This document shows positions 11,520 through 23,300 of a DNA stretch of 64,000 nt, piece after piece (position 1 is the first letter of the stretch; each line of letters opens with the position of its first letter). The notes beneath the pieces were generated by a model. The model had not been told where the DNA came from. It was given only the letters and a program-made list of their open reading frames with translations, and did not search any database. The position numbers and the translations under genes are program-made. Source of the stretch: Camelus dromedarius (taxonomy: Eukaryota); contig NC_087472.1 in the NCBI RefSeq assembly GCF_036321535.1, positions 38,254,001 through 38,318,000 of the forward strand, written 5' to 3'.

Positions 11520-12330
11520 TGCAGATCAGGGAAATGCAAATTAAAACCACAACAAGATACAATTTTACACCTGCCAGCTTGGCAAAAAAAAAAGTATGAC
11601 AATAGCAAGTGTTAGCAAAGATGTGGATGAATGAGAACTGCTGGTGGAAGTGTAAAGTGATACAATCACCTGGGAAAAACAACTTGGCGTGACCTAATAA
11701 AATTGAACATTCACACATCCTAAAACCCAGCCAGCTATATATCCTGGAGCAGTGATTTTCACACATTTTTTGAACCAAGACACACAGTAAGAAATTCTTT
11801 TTACATTACAGTCCAGTATACATACACAAATGTGCACATGTATAAATAACTGAATCAAAAATTTTAGGAATTTTCAGTAGCAAATACATGTGTGTATAGA
11901 GGATCTTATTAAAATTTGACTACCTTTAAAAAAATTTCAGGAAAGAATACCTTACCAAATTTGATAAAGTAGAAACATAACAAAATTAGTATCAATTATG
12001 ACTCTCATTAAGGATCTGTTGCACTTTCATATTTCCTAGTCTATTTTTAATTTTTGTAATGCTTGTCACAACACACTGAAATGATGTTATGAGCTGTAGA
12101 CCGAAAAACATGCACATGTGCACTAGAAGACATGAGCAAGAGCTCCTTAGTAGCACTGGTCTTGTTAGCTCCAAACTAGAAATGACCCAAATGTTCATCA
12201 ACAGTAGAATGGATGAGGAAACTGTGGTATATACAACGGAACACTCTACAGCAGTGAAAATGAATGAATTATCGTCACATGCATCAACATGGGTAAAATT
12301 TACAACATAGTAGTGAATCTGTCTTAGTAG
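11520..12330 (+). mobile_element. Old L1 (L1M/L1ME) ORF2 end and 3' UTR fragments, interrupted by a DNA-transposon-like insert near 11750-12090
   Basis: atcagggaaatgcaaattaaaaccac..., aaactagaaatgacccaaatgttcatcaacagtagaatggat. Confidence 0.7.
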
Positions 12331-12420
12331 TAAAGATAAAGCACATGATAGTCACACTCATCATGGCATGGACAGTGTCTTTCAAAAGGGATCTAGTTCA
12401 TATCTGTAAGCATAATTCCC

Positions 12421-12576
12421 TAACGTGATGATAAAATCGTCCAGGGGGAGTATAGAACTTCCAGTTGAGAGAGGTGCATAGGAGAAAGGAAGGAAGGTTA
12501 ACGTGATGATAAAATCGTCCAGGGGGAGTATAGAACTTCCAGTTGAGAGAGGTGCATACGAGAAAGGAAGGAAGGT
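12421..12576. repeat. 78-bp tandem duplication (2 copies, 1 mismatch)
   Basis: 12421-12498 and 12499-12576 are identical except g/c at unit position 61. Confidence 0.97.
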
Positions 12577-12645
12577 TACTGGAAAAAGCACAAGGACTCA
12601 CTTTCACTGTCACCTGCTTGTTGAGTGGAATTCCCTCCCATTGTT

Positions 12646-13012
12646 TTTTAAAATTTATTTTTTATTGAAGTGACATTGGTTTATAACATTATATACATTT
12701 CATGTGTACAACATTATNNNNNNNNNNNNNNNNNNNNNNNNNNNNNNNNNNNNNNNNNNNNNNNNNNNNNNNNNNNNNNNNNNNNNNNNNNNNNNNNNNN
12801 NNNNNNNNNNNNNNNNNNNNNNNNNNNNNNNNNNNNNNNNNNNNNNNNNNNNNNNNNNNNNNNNNNNNNNNNTTCTGGGTATTTACTGAAAGAATACAAA
12901 AACACTAATTCAAAAAGATACATGCACTCCTACATTCATCGCAGCATTATTTACAGTAGCCAAGTCATGAAAACAACCAAAGTGCCTATCTACAGATGAA
13001 TGGATAAAGACG

Positions 13013-13044
<32 letters not shown>

Positions 13045-13055
13045 TGGATACTACA
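12646..13055 (-). mobile_element. L1 3' end with probable 5' inversion (junction hidden in N-gap)
   Basis: Left arm is an antisense L1 tail, right arm is sense L1; degenerate TSD ccctcccattgtt / cccttctattctt. Confidence 0.65.
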
Positions 13056-13125
13056 CCCTTCTATTCTTATAGGACAAAGGCAACTGTATAGATCTCCACC
13101 CTATACAGAAACCTTGAGTTCTTAC

Positions 13126-13187
13126 CTAGGGTTTGGTATAACTCAGTCATCTTGGGATGGTCCCAACATGTGGTCTGAGCCTGGTGG
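13126..13187 (-). CDS. DRP2: DRP2 coding exon 11 (62 nt; WW domain, second half)
   Basis: tag|C CAC CAG...CTA G|gtaaga; [20 protein letters not shown]. Confidence 0.97.
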
Positions 13188-13501
13188 CTACAAACAAAAG
13201 CATTAAGAGAGCCAGTGTCCATATCACCCCCCACCTCCCACACACATGCGTGCACCACTCAGCGATAGGTTGGATGCAAGGAGCAGCAGAATCTGAGGGT
13301 GAACCCTGAAGATCCCAAAGCACAAGGGTTCACCTTTACCCTGGTAGACTCTTGAGCTCCTGAGATGAATAGGAGTTAAAACTGGACTGGATGGAGGAAT
13401 CCCAACAAATAAGGGGTGAGAAGGACAGGTAGGGAAAAAAGGTAGGTGAGGGAGGGGCTGGGCAGGTGACTGACCCGCTTCTGATTCAGATGGTCACTCA
13501 C

Positions 13502-13562
13502 TTGATGTAGTAGGGAACTTTATTGGGTGAAATCGCTCTTTCCCAGGGAACCTGAACAGAGG
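13502..13562 (-). CDS. DRP2: DRP2 coding exon 10 (61 nt; WW domain, first half)
   Basis: cag|CC TCT GTT CAG...ATC AA|gtgagt; SVQVPWERAISPNKVPYYI. Confidence 0.97.
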
Positions 13563-14299
13563 CTGATAAGGGAGAAGAGAAAGAGAAAGCTGGCCACTAA
13601 TGCTCTTCAGGCCCCAAGTTACTCCCCTGCTCTGTCCTCCCAAGGAAGTAGTCAAGCTCCAGAGGAGATGCCTGACTCTCGTTGCCAACTCTGAACAGCC
13701 CCTAAGGGTGGGGCAAACACTTTTAATGAACACACTTCTTTCCCTGATGTTAGGGCAAGGGAAGGAGAAGAGGGTGTCTCTGATGCTCTAATGGGCCAGA
13801 GTCGTGACAAGGGCATGAACAGGAATACTTGGCCTTGGACACCCTAGCTATCTTCTCCCTGCCATTTTTATCCATTTAGCTCAGGCAGCCCCATGAGGAA
13901 AGTAGGGTCCACTTCAAATTCACCACATTGGTTATCTGAATAAGAAGTGGACCCAACTTTCCTCATGGGGCTCAAAGCCCTTTCCCCAGAAGGTCAAACT
14001 TCTCAGTCCTGTGGGACAATGGGGAATGGTACTGCCCATTCCCCTCTAGTAAGGAACCCTGGAAAAGGCTATCTCTCTCAGCTCCAAATCTTTAACTTCT
14101 GGAAGTCCCAGGAGAGGCTCAGTCACCTGGTCAACCTCCTCATTGCCATTTCCCTGGGTACAGGAGCCCTCTGCAGGTATAGCTGCATGCCAGTGATTAT
14201 AATACAATAGTTCTAATTGCCGTGAACATATATTGAGCTCCTCCTATGTGCCAGATGCTCTGCTGAATGCTTCCTGTATATATCTAATTTTCATCTCTA

Positions 14300-15010
14300 T
14301 CTTCCCACCATCACCACAGCTACCATCCTGTTCTGGGTCATCATAAGCCCTCATCTGGATTATTGCAATATGCTTCCTAACAGGTCTCCCTGCTCCTACT
14401 CCAGCACTCTGACCCCGCCGAAACATAAGTTGGATCATATCATTCCTCTGCTCAACCCCTCCAAGTGTTCTCCATTCCATTCAGAGTAAAATCCCAAGTT
14501 CTGACCATAGCCTACAAGGCCCTCTGCACTTGGGGCTCCTGCTACCATTCTGACCTTCTGCTTTCTCCCCTTGTCGCTCACTTCTCCACTAGCCTCCTTG
14601 CTGTTCCTCAGACATGCCCCTCCCTTAAGTTCCCAGAAGTTGTTATTCCCTCTACCTGGTTTTCTCTTCCCTCAGATAGCCACAGGGCTCATTCCCTCAC
14701 CTCCTTGAGGTTTCTGCTCAATTGCCAAGCTCTTAGTGACACCTTTCCTGACCACCCTAATCAAAACTGCAATGTCTCTCCCATTAAGGCACTCCCTCAC
14801 CCACGCCTTCTCTGTTTTCCTTTTTTTCCACAGCACTTGTCACCAATTGACCTGATATACATTTTACTTATTTGTTTATGGTCTGGCTTCTTCCAGTAGA
14901 ATGTAAGCTCTACAAGTCTAAAGATTTTGGGCTGTTTTGTCCACTGATGTAGCCCCAGTGCCTAGAACTATACCTGGCCCACAGTAGGCCATCAATAAAT
15001 ATTGCTGGAA
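14300..15010 (+). mobile_element. L2 3' portion
   Basis: gaatgtaagctc...cagtgcctagaactatacctggcccacagtaggccatcaataaatatt. Confidence 0.8.
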
Positions 15011-15332
15011 CAATAAAGTCATTTAATTCCCATAACTCTATGAGCTAGATAATATTTTCCCCCTTTTTACATATGAGAAAATTGAGGTTCAGAAAGTTTA
15101 AGTTTTTTTTTTTCAAGCTTGCACAGCTATAAAAGCGAGGAGCGCTGACTCAGATCCAGGTCTCTCTGACTCAAGAAACTGTCCTTTTAACCACTACACT
15201 AGACTGCTTTAATCTACTGCTTCTTGGATGCCAAAGTATACTGGGCTCCCACCAGCCCCCGAGGGACAACAGTAGACTCTCTTGGAAGGTGGCTCAGGTT
15301 CTAACAAATGAAGTCCTGTTTGTCTCACATAC

Positions 15333-15411
15333 AGGAGAGGAAGTGCTGTGACCCAGGTCCAAAGTCCCGGTGGGCATCCTGGAGCTGCTTAAGCCTCTCG
15401 CCAACTGACAC
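15333..15411 (-). CDS. DRP2: DRP2 coding exon 9 (79 nt)
   Basis: tag|GTG TCA GTT GGC GAG AGG...TCC T|gtatgt; VSVGERLKQLQDAHRDFGPGSQHFLS. Confidence 0.96.
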
Positions 15412-15863
15412 CTATGGACAGAACACACACGAAGTCAGTGGACTTGTTCCAGATACCCAGTGTGAGATTTCCAGATGCCTCCGGCAATCTTTGTGACTTC
15501 CTCCAGAGGCTGCCTCTTCTCCAGTTTCAGCACCTCCTACTATTCACCCAACTCCCAGCCTCCCCACGGCACTCCCAAGGGTCAGAGAAGAGCATTCTTA
15601 ATTCCAGACCACAGTCACTCTTCACCTGCCCCTGTCTACCCTGAGTGCCCTAATATAGACAGAGCCCTCTCAGATTATTTTTATCACTTCTTGCAGCTTA
15701 GCGGTTGAGAAGCCTGTTCCCTCGTCCCCAATTCTCTACAACTCTTTTCTCACATAGGTTCCATTTCAATGCCCCTTCACTGCCTTTGGGCCTGGAGAAG
15801 TTCCCCCCAAGTCTGGTTATATCAAGCCTTTTCCCCAAGGCTCACTCCAGGCTTCTCTTCTAC

Positions 15864-16010
15864 CTGGAGCTGTTTCCACCGGATGTTGATCTGCTCCAGG
15901 GCCCGGGAATTCTCCATCGACAAGTGTACATCAGAAATGGCAAGTTGATGGGCCAGATCATTTACCAACTTCACTCCATCTTTCATGGGGGAGAATTCTT
16001 CTTTGAAGAG
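15864..16010 (-). CDS. DRP2: DRP2 coding exon 8 (147 nt; spectrin repeat)
   Basis: tag|CTC TTC AAA...CTC CAG|gtagaa; LFKEEFSPMKDGVKLVNDLAHQLAISDVHLSMENSRALEQINIRWKQLQ. Confidence 0.97.
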
Positions 16011-16399
16011 CTATAGAACCAGGACCCAAGTCCCACAGCACACGGTAGGAAAAAGGAACCATTAGTCATTCAGCTCAGCTCCTCCCTCCTTACCCAGAGA
16101 TTTTGGTTAAATAGCACAACCTCGGTGCTTGCCTGTTAGGGCAGCCAGACTAGGGTGTGGGTGGCCATTTCCTTATCCTCTTCCTTTTCTAGTCTCAGAA
16201 AACACCAGGGAAAGAGAAGACAGTAGAAGGATGGGAGAAAATTCAGTGAAACCAGCTCCCAAATCCAGCAGATAAACTGGGAGAGGCTCTGTTGAAGTCC
16301 AAGCCAACAATAGAGTCTCAGTAGCAGGAACACTGTCAGGGTCTGGGAGGAGCACCTGGTCTCGGGGTGGGCAGTAGCCAGGGGAGGGGGCCTGCATAC

Positions 16400-16668
16400 C
16401 TTAAGAGCCTGGATGTGCTCTGGGAGTGAATCAATGAAGAGATCCCCAATGGGCTCCCAAGTGGCTCGGACTCCCTCAGCCTGGGTCAGAGTCGTGCTTA
16501 ATTCCTCCATTGCCCCTTGGATCTCCAACAGCTGCTCCAGAGTGCGCTCAATGTGACGGTGCTGGTCCACGCAGCGGGCTGTCAGCTTCTCCCATAGTTC
16601 ACTGGCCACCGTTGCCTGCTTCCACACAAAGCGGCTAAGATTCTGGATCCGCTGTCTGGGAGACGTAT
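16400..16668 (-). CDS. DRP2: DRP2 coding exon 7 (269 nt; spectrin repeat)
   Basis: cag|AT ACG TCT...CTT AAG|gtatgc; TSPRQRIQNLSRFVWKQATVASELWEKLTARCVDQHRHIERTLEQLLEIQGAMEELSTTLTQAEGVRATWEPIGDLFIDSLPEHIQALK. Confidence 0.97.
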
Positions 16669-18243
16669 CTGCAAAGGTAGGCAGGAAGTCAAGTCAGGTC
16701 AGCTAGGCAGGGTCAGCCTACGGAAAGACCGAGACAGCCCTTTGTAAAACGTGTGTGTCTACATGTGTCTATATATATATATGTATGTGTGTGTGTGTGA
16801 ATATATATATGTATATATTCACACACACACACACACAAAGTTTTTCATGGTTGAGGCTCCTTTGGCAGATTCAGGTTTTNNNNNNNNNNNNNNNNNNNNN
16901 NNNNNNNNNNNNNNNNNNNNNNNNNNNNNNNNNNNNNNNNNNNNNNNNNNNNNNNNNNNNNNNNNNNNNNNNNNNNNNNNNNNNNNNNNNNNNNNNNNNN
17001 NNNNNNNNNNNNNNNNNNNNNNNNNNNNNNNNNNNNNNNNNNNCCAATTTTGTTCAGAGTTCCCCAATTTTACTTGTACTCATTTGTGTGTGTGTATATT
17101 TTGTTGTATGTGATTTTATCATGTGTGTAGGTTCATGGATCCATTACCAGTCAAGAGACCATATTGGTGTTTTCCACAGTATATCATGAAGATTTCTGCA
17201 TATTATTAAAGAATGGGCAAAATAAAGAGTGAGTAAAATATTTTGAGAGGCAGGAGTGAGGCAAATCATCCAGAGTCCTATTCATGTGACCCTGGAATGC
17301 AATTTTGCATTACTGTCTGCTGCTCATTTTCTTCCAAAGGAGGGAGACATTTTATGAAGACCCAGCACAGGAGAGCTTAGTGTAACTGGCAAAGCCTTTC
17401 CGCCAAGGCTTGTAGGCTTCCTCTTCCTCCCTCAGACCTCTCCTCAGAAGTAGATTCAGAGGCCCCAAACTCCAGGCTAACTGGAATTGTCCTCCTCTCT
17501 TGAGCTTGTCCTATCTGAGGCCCATCGGGCAGTAAATTGAGTACCAGTTAGTACTCAGTAGGAGGGCCTTGAGGTAAAATGAGAGGGTCAACAGCATCAA
17601 CAAAGGGCTCCATTAATGAAGGGATCTTTCAGGCTATTCACAGCCAATCTCAGAGGGTTGAAGCCTCTTGCTGGGCCACCACTCAGACCTAAGCACCATG
17701 GATCCCACCCTGCTGCCTTATTTAAACCTAGACCTACAGTGACCTATCCTATCGAGGAAAGGGGGCCAGAAGGCACCAGGGTCAGAATCAAAGAGCCACA
17801 ATTAATTTTCTTCTCAAATGCCATCATCTAATTTTTAGATTTTTTTAGAAATGTTTTTTATTGGCTGGTTGATTAGAGCATTGCCAAATGCCTCTCTATG
17901 TTAGAATAAGGCAGGATGTTTTTAAAGGACATACTACTGTTTTTATTCACTCAATCAGTTTAATGCATTTGAGTCTTGTTTTTTCTTTTTCGTGCCTCAT
18001 TGGACGACCACACATGATGCTCCAGAGAGCCACATACAGCTTTGGGCCACATGCTCATCTCCCCTGCTCCAGGCTCTCTTCTCTTTGCTTTTTCTTATAG
18101 TGTGAATCTTGCTCTTCCCAACTTTGGAGTCCTAGGAGAAAATTATCTTCCAAGATAACAGCTGAGAAAATGAGTTTGGGGAGGGCAGGAAAATGTTTAA
18201 TGGTTCACAGCTCAAGAAGATGGAAGAGAGGAAGACCACCCAC

Positions 18244-18364
18244 CTTTGCTGTCAGAACGTGGCTCCTCTAATTCCTCAAATGGGTGCTGGGACAGGAAGG
18301 CCTGAGCTGACTCCAGCACAGAGTAGATATAGGGGCCCCGAGACTTGACATCTTCCATAAAGGC
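18244..18364 (-). CDS. DRP2: DRP2 coding exon 6 (121 nt)
   Basis: cag|GCC TTT ATG GAA...AAA G|gtgggt; AFMEDVKSRGPYIYSVLESAQAFLSQHPFEELEEPRSDSK. Confidence 0.96.
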
Positions 18365-19017
18365 CTGTGAAGTTTAGCAACATGGTCAATGGGGAAGGAA
18401 TGTCTTTCAATTGTTTTGAATTCCATCCTGCAATTGACAATCTGTCTTCTCCGTGCAACTTGATCCTTTGGCATTAACCTCTATCTTTGGGCTACTTGGA
18501 CTAAAAGAGGTGCAGTCTTTTCTATAGGAAGAAGAATAATTCTGACCCTGGAATGTCTGTTTAGTCTGAAATAGGACTATGCCACAAGATAGATAGAAAT
18601 GCGAGGATTTGGGGCTAGGAATCTTGGTTCTCTGGAAGACTCAGAAAGTCCTCTGTAAGGGGCTTAGAGAAATCAAAGCCGGGATGGGCAAGATTTATAT
18701 TAAATTTTTAATTACATTTTTGTTGAAAAATACACTGAGAAGAGTAAATAAATCAAAAGTCACCTCGATGCACTGCCAGGAAGTGATTCCATCTCTGTAA
18801 CCAGTACTGAGATGAAGAAAAGAACTCCACCAGCATCCTCTTGTGTCCCCTCCCAGTCATTCTGTCATCCTTCCCCCGACCAAGGTAACTACTATCCTGA
18901 CTTGTAACACCACTTGTAACTGATTAGTTTTGCCCAATTTTGAACTTTATATAAATGGAATCATACTGTATGTGCTCTTTTTGTATCTGCCTTTTTTTCA
19001 CTCAACATACTGTCTTT

Positions 19018-19239
19018 TTTAAACATTTTTTTATTGAGTTACAGTCAATTTACAATGTTGTGTCAATTTCCAGTGTAGAGCACAATTTTTCAGTTATACA
19101 TGAACATACGTATATTCATTGTCAAATTCTTTTTCACTGTGAGCTACCACAAGATCCTGTATATATTTCCCTGTGCTATACAATATAATCTTGTTTATCT
19201 GTTCTACATATGCCTGTCAGCATCTATAAATTTCGAACC
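19018..19239 (-). mobile_element. Young 5'-truncated L1 nested in an older L1M fragment (about 18690-19320)
   Basis: Perfect 17-bp TSD ctcaacatactgtcttt at 19001-19017 and 19240-19256; same subfamily tail as 4670-5125. Confidence 0.92.
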
Positions 19240-20006
19240 CTCAACATACTGTCTTTAAGATTCACCATTGTGGCACACTGTAACAGTTTATTTTCTTGCT
19301 GTATTGTATTCCATTCTGTAATCATCTTTCAAATTGAGACAGAATAGACATATAACACTGTGGAAGTTGAAGGTGTACAATATATTGATTTGACACTTAC
19401 ACGATATGATTGCCATTGTAGTGGCAGCTAACGCCTTTGTCATGTCACATAATCATCATTTCTTCCAGTGTATTCTATATTTGTTCTAAGAAACATCTGT
19501 TGCTATTTTCTGATTTTAGAGGTAATATCTGTCACAGAAATCTTAGAAATTTCAGGAAAGTGTGAAGAAAAAATTAAAAAGAATGCTAATATCATCACTT
19601 GAAGTTAACCATTGTGAAGATTTTGATATAGCTCCTTCTTATGTTTCTGTATGTGTGTATATATGTACACACATCTATATAGATTTTTATATAATTGAGA
19701 TCTACCTGTATATAGTTTTATACCCTGCTTTTTTTTCAGTTAGTATTATATTATGTTCATTTTCCCATGTCCCTGTTATAAATCAGGGCAAAGTTTTAAG
19801 GGCAGCCAATATTGATGGGAAGACTAGAGGGGAAAGAATTGACTTAGCCTGTGAAGTGCTAGCCTCAGACCAGTGGGACTGCATATGGCTTCCCGTGACT
19901 TTCAGCCTCTAAACAGAGACTGGGCATCCATCCATCAAGGTGTGGCAGAAGAGATCCCTTCCCAGTGGAGAGGCCACACACCACGGCCTCTGGAATTCTA
20001 ACCTAC

Positions 20007-20163
20007 CGCATGCGTCTCCTTCTCCTGTTGCACCAGGACCACATCCCCTTGGAGGGGAAGCTGAGCCGACAATTCCTCATCTTTTTGGCTGAGCCAGTCA
20101 ATAATCTCTTGGAGAGGGAGCTGAAGCTTTCCACTGTGGTCTGAGAAGGCCTCTAAGCGGGCT
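20007..20163 (-). CDS. DRP2: DRP2 coding exon 5 (157 nt; spectrin repeat)
   Basis: cag|A GCC CGC...CAT GCG|gtaggt; ARLEAFSDHSGKLQLPLQEIIDWLSQKDEELSAQLPLQGDVVLVQQEKETHA. Confidence 0.97.
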
Positions 20164-21733
20164 CTGCACACAATGGGAAGATCAGTGATTTTCCATCCTC
20201 TTGTTAAGTGGCCAAGCATTTCCCCCCCAACAAATACCTGTGTGGAACCTCAGTATATAAACACATGAAAGAGGTGCTGCTCTGGTCAAAGTGGGAAGAG
20301 CCACCCACAGAGGCTCCCGAGGCACCTCCACACGGAGCATGGTACCAAACACTTGGCGGACATCAGTTTATTCAGGTGCCCACCCGGCATTAGGCTGGGA
20401 AGGGTAGTGAACTGAGCAAGGGCATTAGAGGTGGGAGCTGTCTGGTTGTCGTCTTGTCCTGGAGGAACTCAAGTCATACCAAACTGCTCATCCGCAGAGG
20501 CTCCTTGGCACCTGGCCTCTGAGCAGGAGCAGATGCAGTAGGCGGAAAGGGCGCGTACAGGTGGCTGAGGTGGACATGCACGTGTGTGAAGCTCATACAA
20601 ATACAAGCAGCCCAGGGGTCCCAAAGGCTGAGGGCAGCATAGGCTATAAAAGTTTGACATACGGAAGGAGAAAAACATGTACCGCATAAGCATTTGTGTC
20701 TGCCTTCTTCCACAAATAAGCCAGGAGCTGAGGTCCAAGTAATAGGAAGCCGGAGGCCAGCCCAGCCTGTGTGCAGCCGTCAGGCCCATTCCCCTTTGCT
20801 GATAGGGATAACTAGTCATTGCTTTCCTACCATCTGGATCAGGCCCTTTACCTAAATTTTTGCTTCCACTGATTCTCAGAGCAACCACATGAGGTAGGCA
20901 CTGCTATTGCCCAGAGAGGTTAAGTAGTTTGCCCAAGGTCACACAGTTCAGTCACTGGTAGAGCTATGATTTAAACTCAGGTTTGTCTGACTCCAGAGCC
21001 TGCATTCTTTCAACTTCTCCACACTGCCTCCTCCCCACCAGAGCCCACCAGAAGCCAGGGGTTTGGTCTTTGATGATAGTGGGTGGAGAGGAAAAGTGTA
21101 TGTGTGTGTTTGTGTGTGTGTGTGTAGCTATAGAGAGGGGTAGGGGAAAGAAGAACAACTGATAATAGAAATTGCCATCAGGCTCTTACTGATTCGCCTT
21201 TAGTTTGGGGAGGCATGGCTGGGGGATAAGCAATGGACGAGAGTAGAGGGATAAAAAGATGGGAAAGAGAGCAGATGGTATCTGCCGAGATGAAGGGTAG
21301 TTATGAGAGGAAGAGAGGGAGGGAGTCATCACAGCCCTCATTTATCCGTCAGCTCTTTTAAGTTCAGAAAGCCTTTTCATATCTTACTTGAGTCCTCAAA
21401 ACAATGCTATGAGGTAGTTAGGACAAGTATTAGTCCTCCACTCATTTTTTTTTTCTTTAAAAAACATCCAAACAAGCAGAAGCTAAAATTCAGAGATTCT
21501 CAAACCAATTATCCAAGGTGACACAGCTTCCTCAAGACTGAGGCTGAAATCCAAGTCTCCTGACTTCTGACCCACGGTTCTTGCCCCAGGGCCGGAGGAG
21601 GAAAAGGAGGGGAAGTGGAGGGCAAGGCTGACGAGACGGTGATGCACAGGCTGACGAGCTGTAGCAGCAAGAGGAACCCAGCACTGTCCCAGCCAACTCC
21701 CTCAAGCCCCAGTTTCAAGGCGCCAGGCCTTAC

Positions 21734-21897
21734 CGGAGATTGTGAGACTTCTTTTTGATTTCATTCCAACACAGATTCATGGCTGATGGTTCCAGGGGTC
21801 CGGCGGCACCAAGAGACCCGTTGAATAGCTTTGGACTTAGGCAGGGCACCCCAGCACCATCATGAGGAGGCGCAGGGGTGGCGGCAGCAGCTCTAAC
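21734..21897 (-). CDS. DRP2: DRP2 coding exon 4 (164 nt)
   Basis: cag|GTT AGA GCT...CTC CG|gtaagg; VRAAAATPAPPHDGAGVPCLSPKLFNGSLGAAGPLEPSAMNLCWNEIKKKSHNL. Confidence 0.96.
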
Positions 21898-23010
21898 CTG
21901 GACAGAAACACAGATACACTGCGATCCCTGGAGCGTGCCACGCCCTGGTCTGCACCAAGCCAAGCGTGGGCCACGTGCAAACAAGAGGAGAGAAGGGATT
22001 GTCCCAGGCTATGTTCGGGTTGGGGCGGGTGGTGATCTAAAGGAAGACTCAGTGGCTCTGTGCATGGCAAGGTCCTCTCTTGGGACAGGTCGGTCACTTT
22101 TAACTGCTGACTCCTTTCATTACCCCTCTTATTATCATCAATTCTGCCAGGATGACTGCCCAGATGGGATCCTGGAAGGAGTCGTGTTAGGTCAGAGATG
22201 CTCAGAATTGCTCAAACACTGGCAACCATGGCATTCAAGGGGAGCTGTAAGCTCAGACTTCACTGTCCCACAGTTTGCCCGATCTTCCAGAAAAAGAAGC
22301 TGAAGGGCTGCCCCATGAAGTTTCAGAGAGACACAGGGAGGGAGAGAAAGCAAGCCAGAGAGCCAGCAGCAGTAGAGGTCCTGCTTCACAAGTGAATACA
22401 GGCCTTAGTGCCCCTTCTCCCTCCTCCTCACTTGCATCTCCCACCGCAGTCAGGAAGGCTGGAAAGAGTCCTGAGGAGACCTGTTCATCTTCCATGGGTG
22501 GAGAAAGGGCTAAAGCAGCATTTTGGATCCTGATTTCTAAAGAGCTCTGCCCAGAGTCGACAGTTAAGAGCCAGCCCTCAAGCTTAGAGCCCATCACTTG
22601 CTCACCCCGTCGGGTCCTGTGGGGTTTGAAGGAGTGGGGGTTGTGCCAAATAGCCCTTCAGAAGTTCGCTACCTCCAGCGCAGTGCCAGACCTCCCCAGC
22701 CAGAGACAGAAGGGTGTGGAGGGCAGGGAGTGTGAAGGAGGAAATCTCAGCCTGGAGAAACCCACCTGCCTGCCTGCCTATCTACCTGCTTGCCTCCTCT
22801 GGAAAGAACATGGTCTTATTGGTGGCGGAGCCTCCTCTAGCCTCCCCTTCCCTCCAAACCATATTTCCTCACCACATAAGACTCTCCAGGCAAGGTAGGA
22901 AACCAGTCATCCCATTAAAACCACAGCTCGCAGCCACACACTGAAAGAGAAGCGAGGGAGCATCTAGGCTCTGAGGTCAGTCACCCTGAGTCCCCATGAG
23001 CTGACCCTAC

Positions 23011-23300
23011 CTGTACTGCCGGGGGACCCGGTCGCGGGACTGGGCAGCCCCATGATGATCGCTCAGCATGAATCCGAATCCGGACTCAGTGCCTGGTGAG
23101 CCACAGGCAGTCCTGACAGGCTCTGAGCAGACTCCCTCGGGGAGGGCGGTCAGAGCTGAGCCAGGCCAGGAGGCGGGATCGGTCACCCTGTTTGTTTACT
23201 GACCCCCCAGGAATCCAGAGGGGGCGGCTAGGTCAGAGCTCTCGACGGTGAATCAGGGCTTTGTCCCTGGGGAATTCCGCGTCGCTCCCCACTGGGCCCG
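23011..23300 (-). promoter_or_regulatory. DRP2: Candidate internal promoter and alternative first exon in DRP2 intron 3
   Basis: Roughly 18 CpG in about 280 bp against a CpG-poor background; GC boxes GGGCGG near 23145 and 23222; forkhead-like TGTTTAC near 23193; donor CAG|gtaggg at 23011. Confidence 0.45.

Noticed and set aside
20480-20518. 39-nt cryptic cassette exon (cag|AGGCC...TTTG|gtatga) in intron 4
   Set aside because: It would introduce a TGA in the DRP2 frame and has no other support; such site pairs are common.
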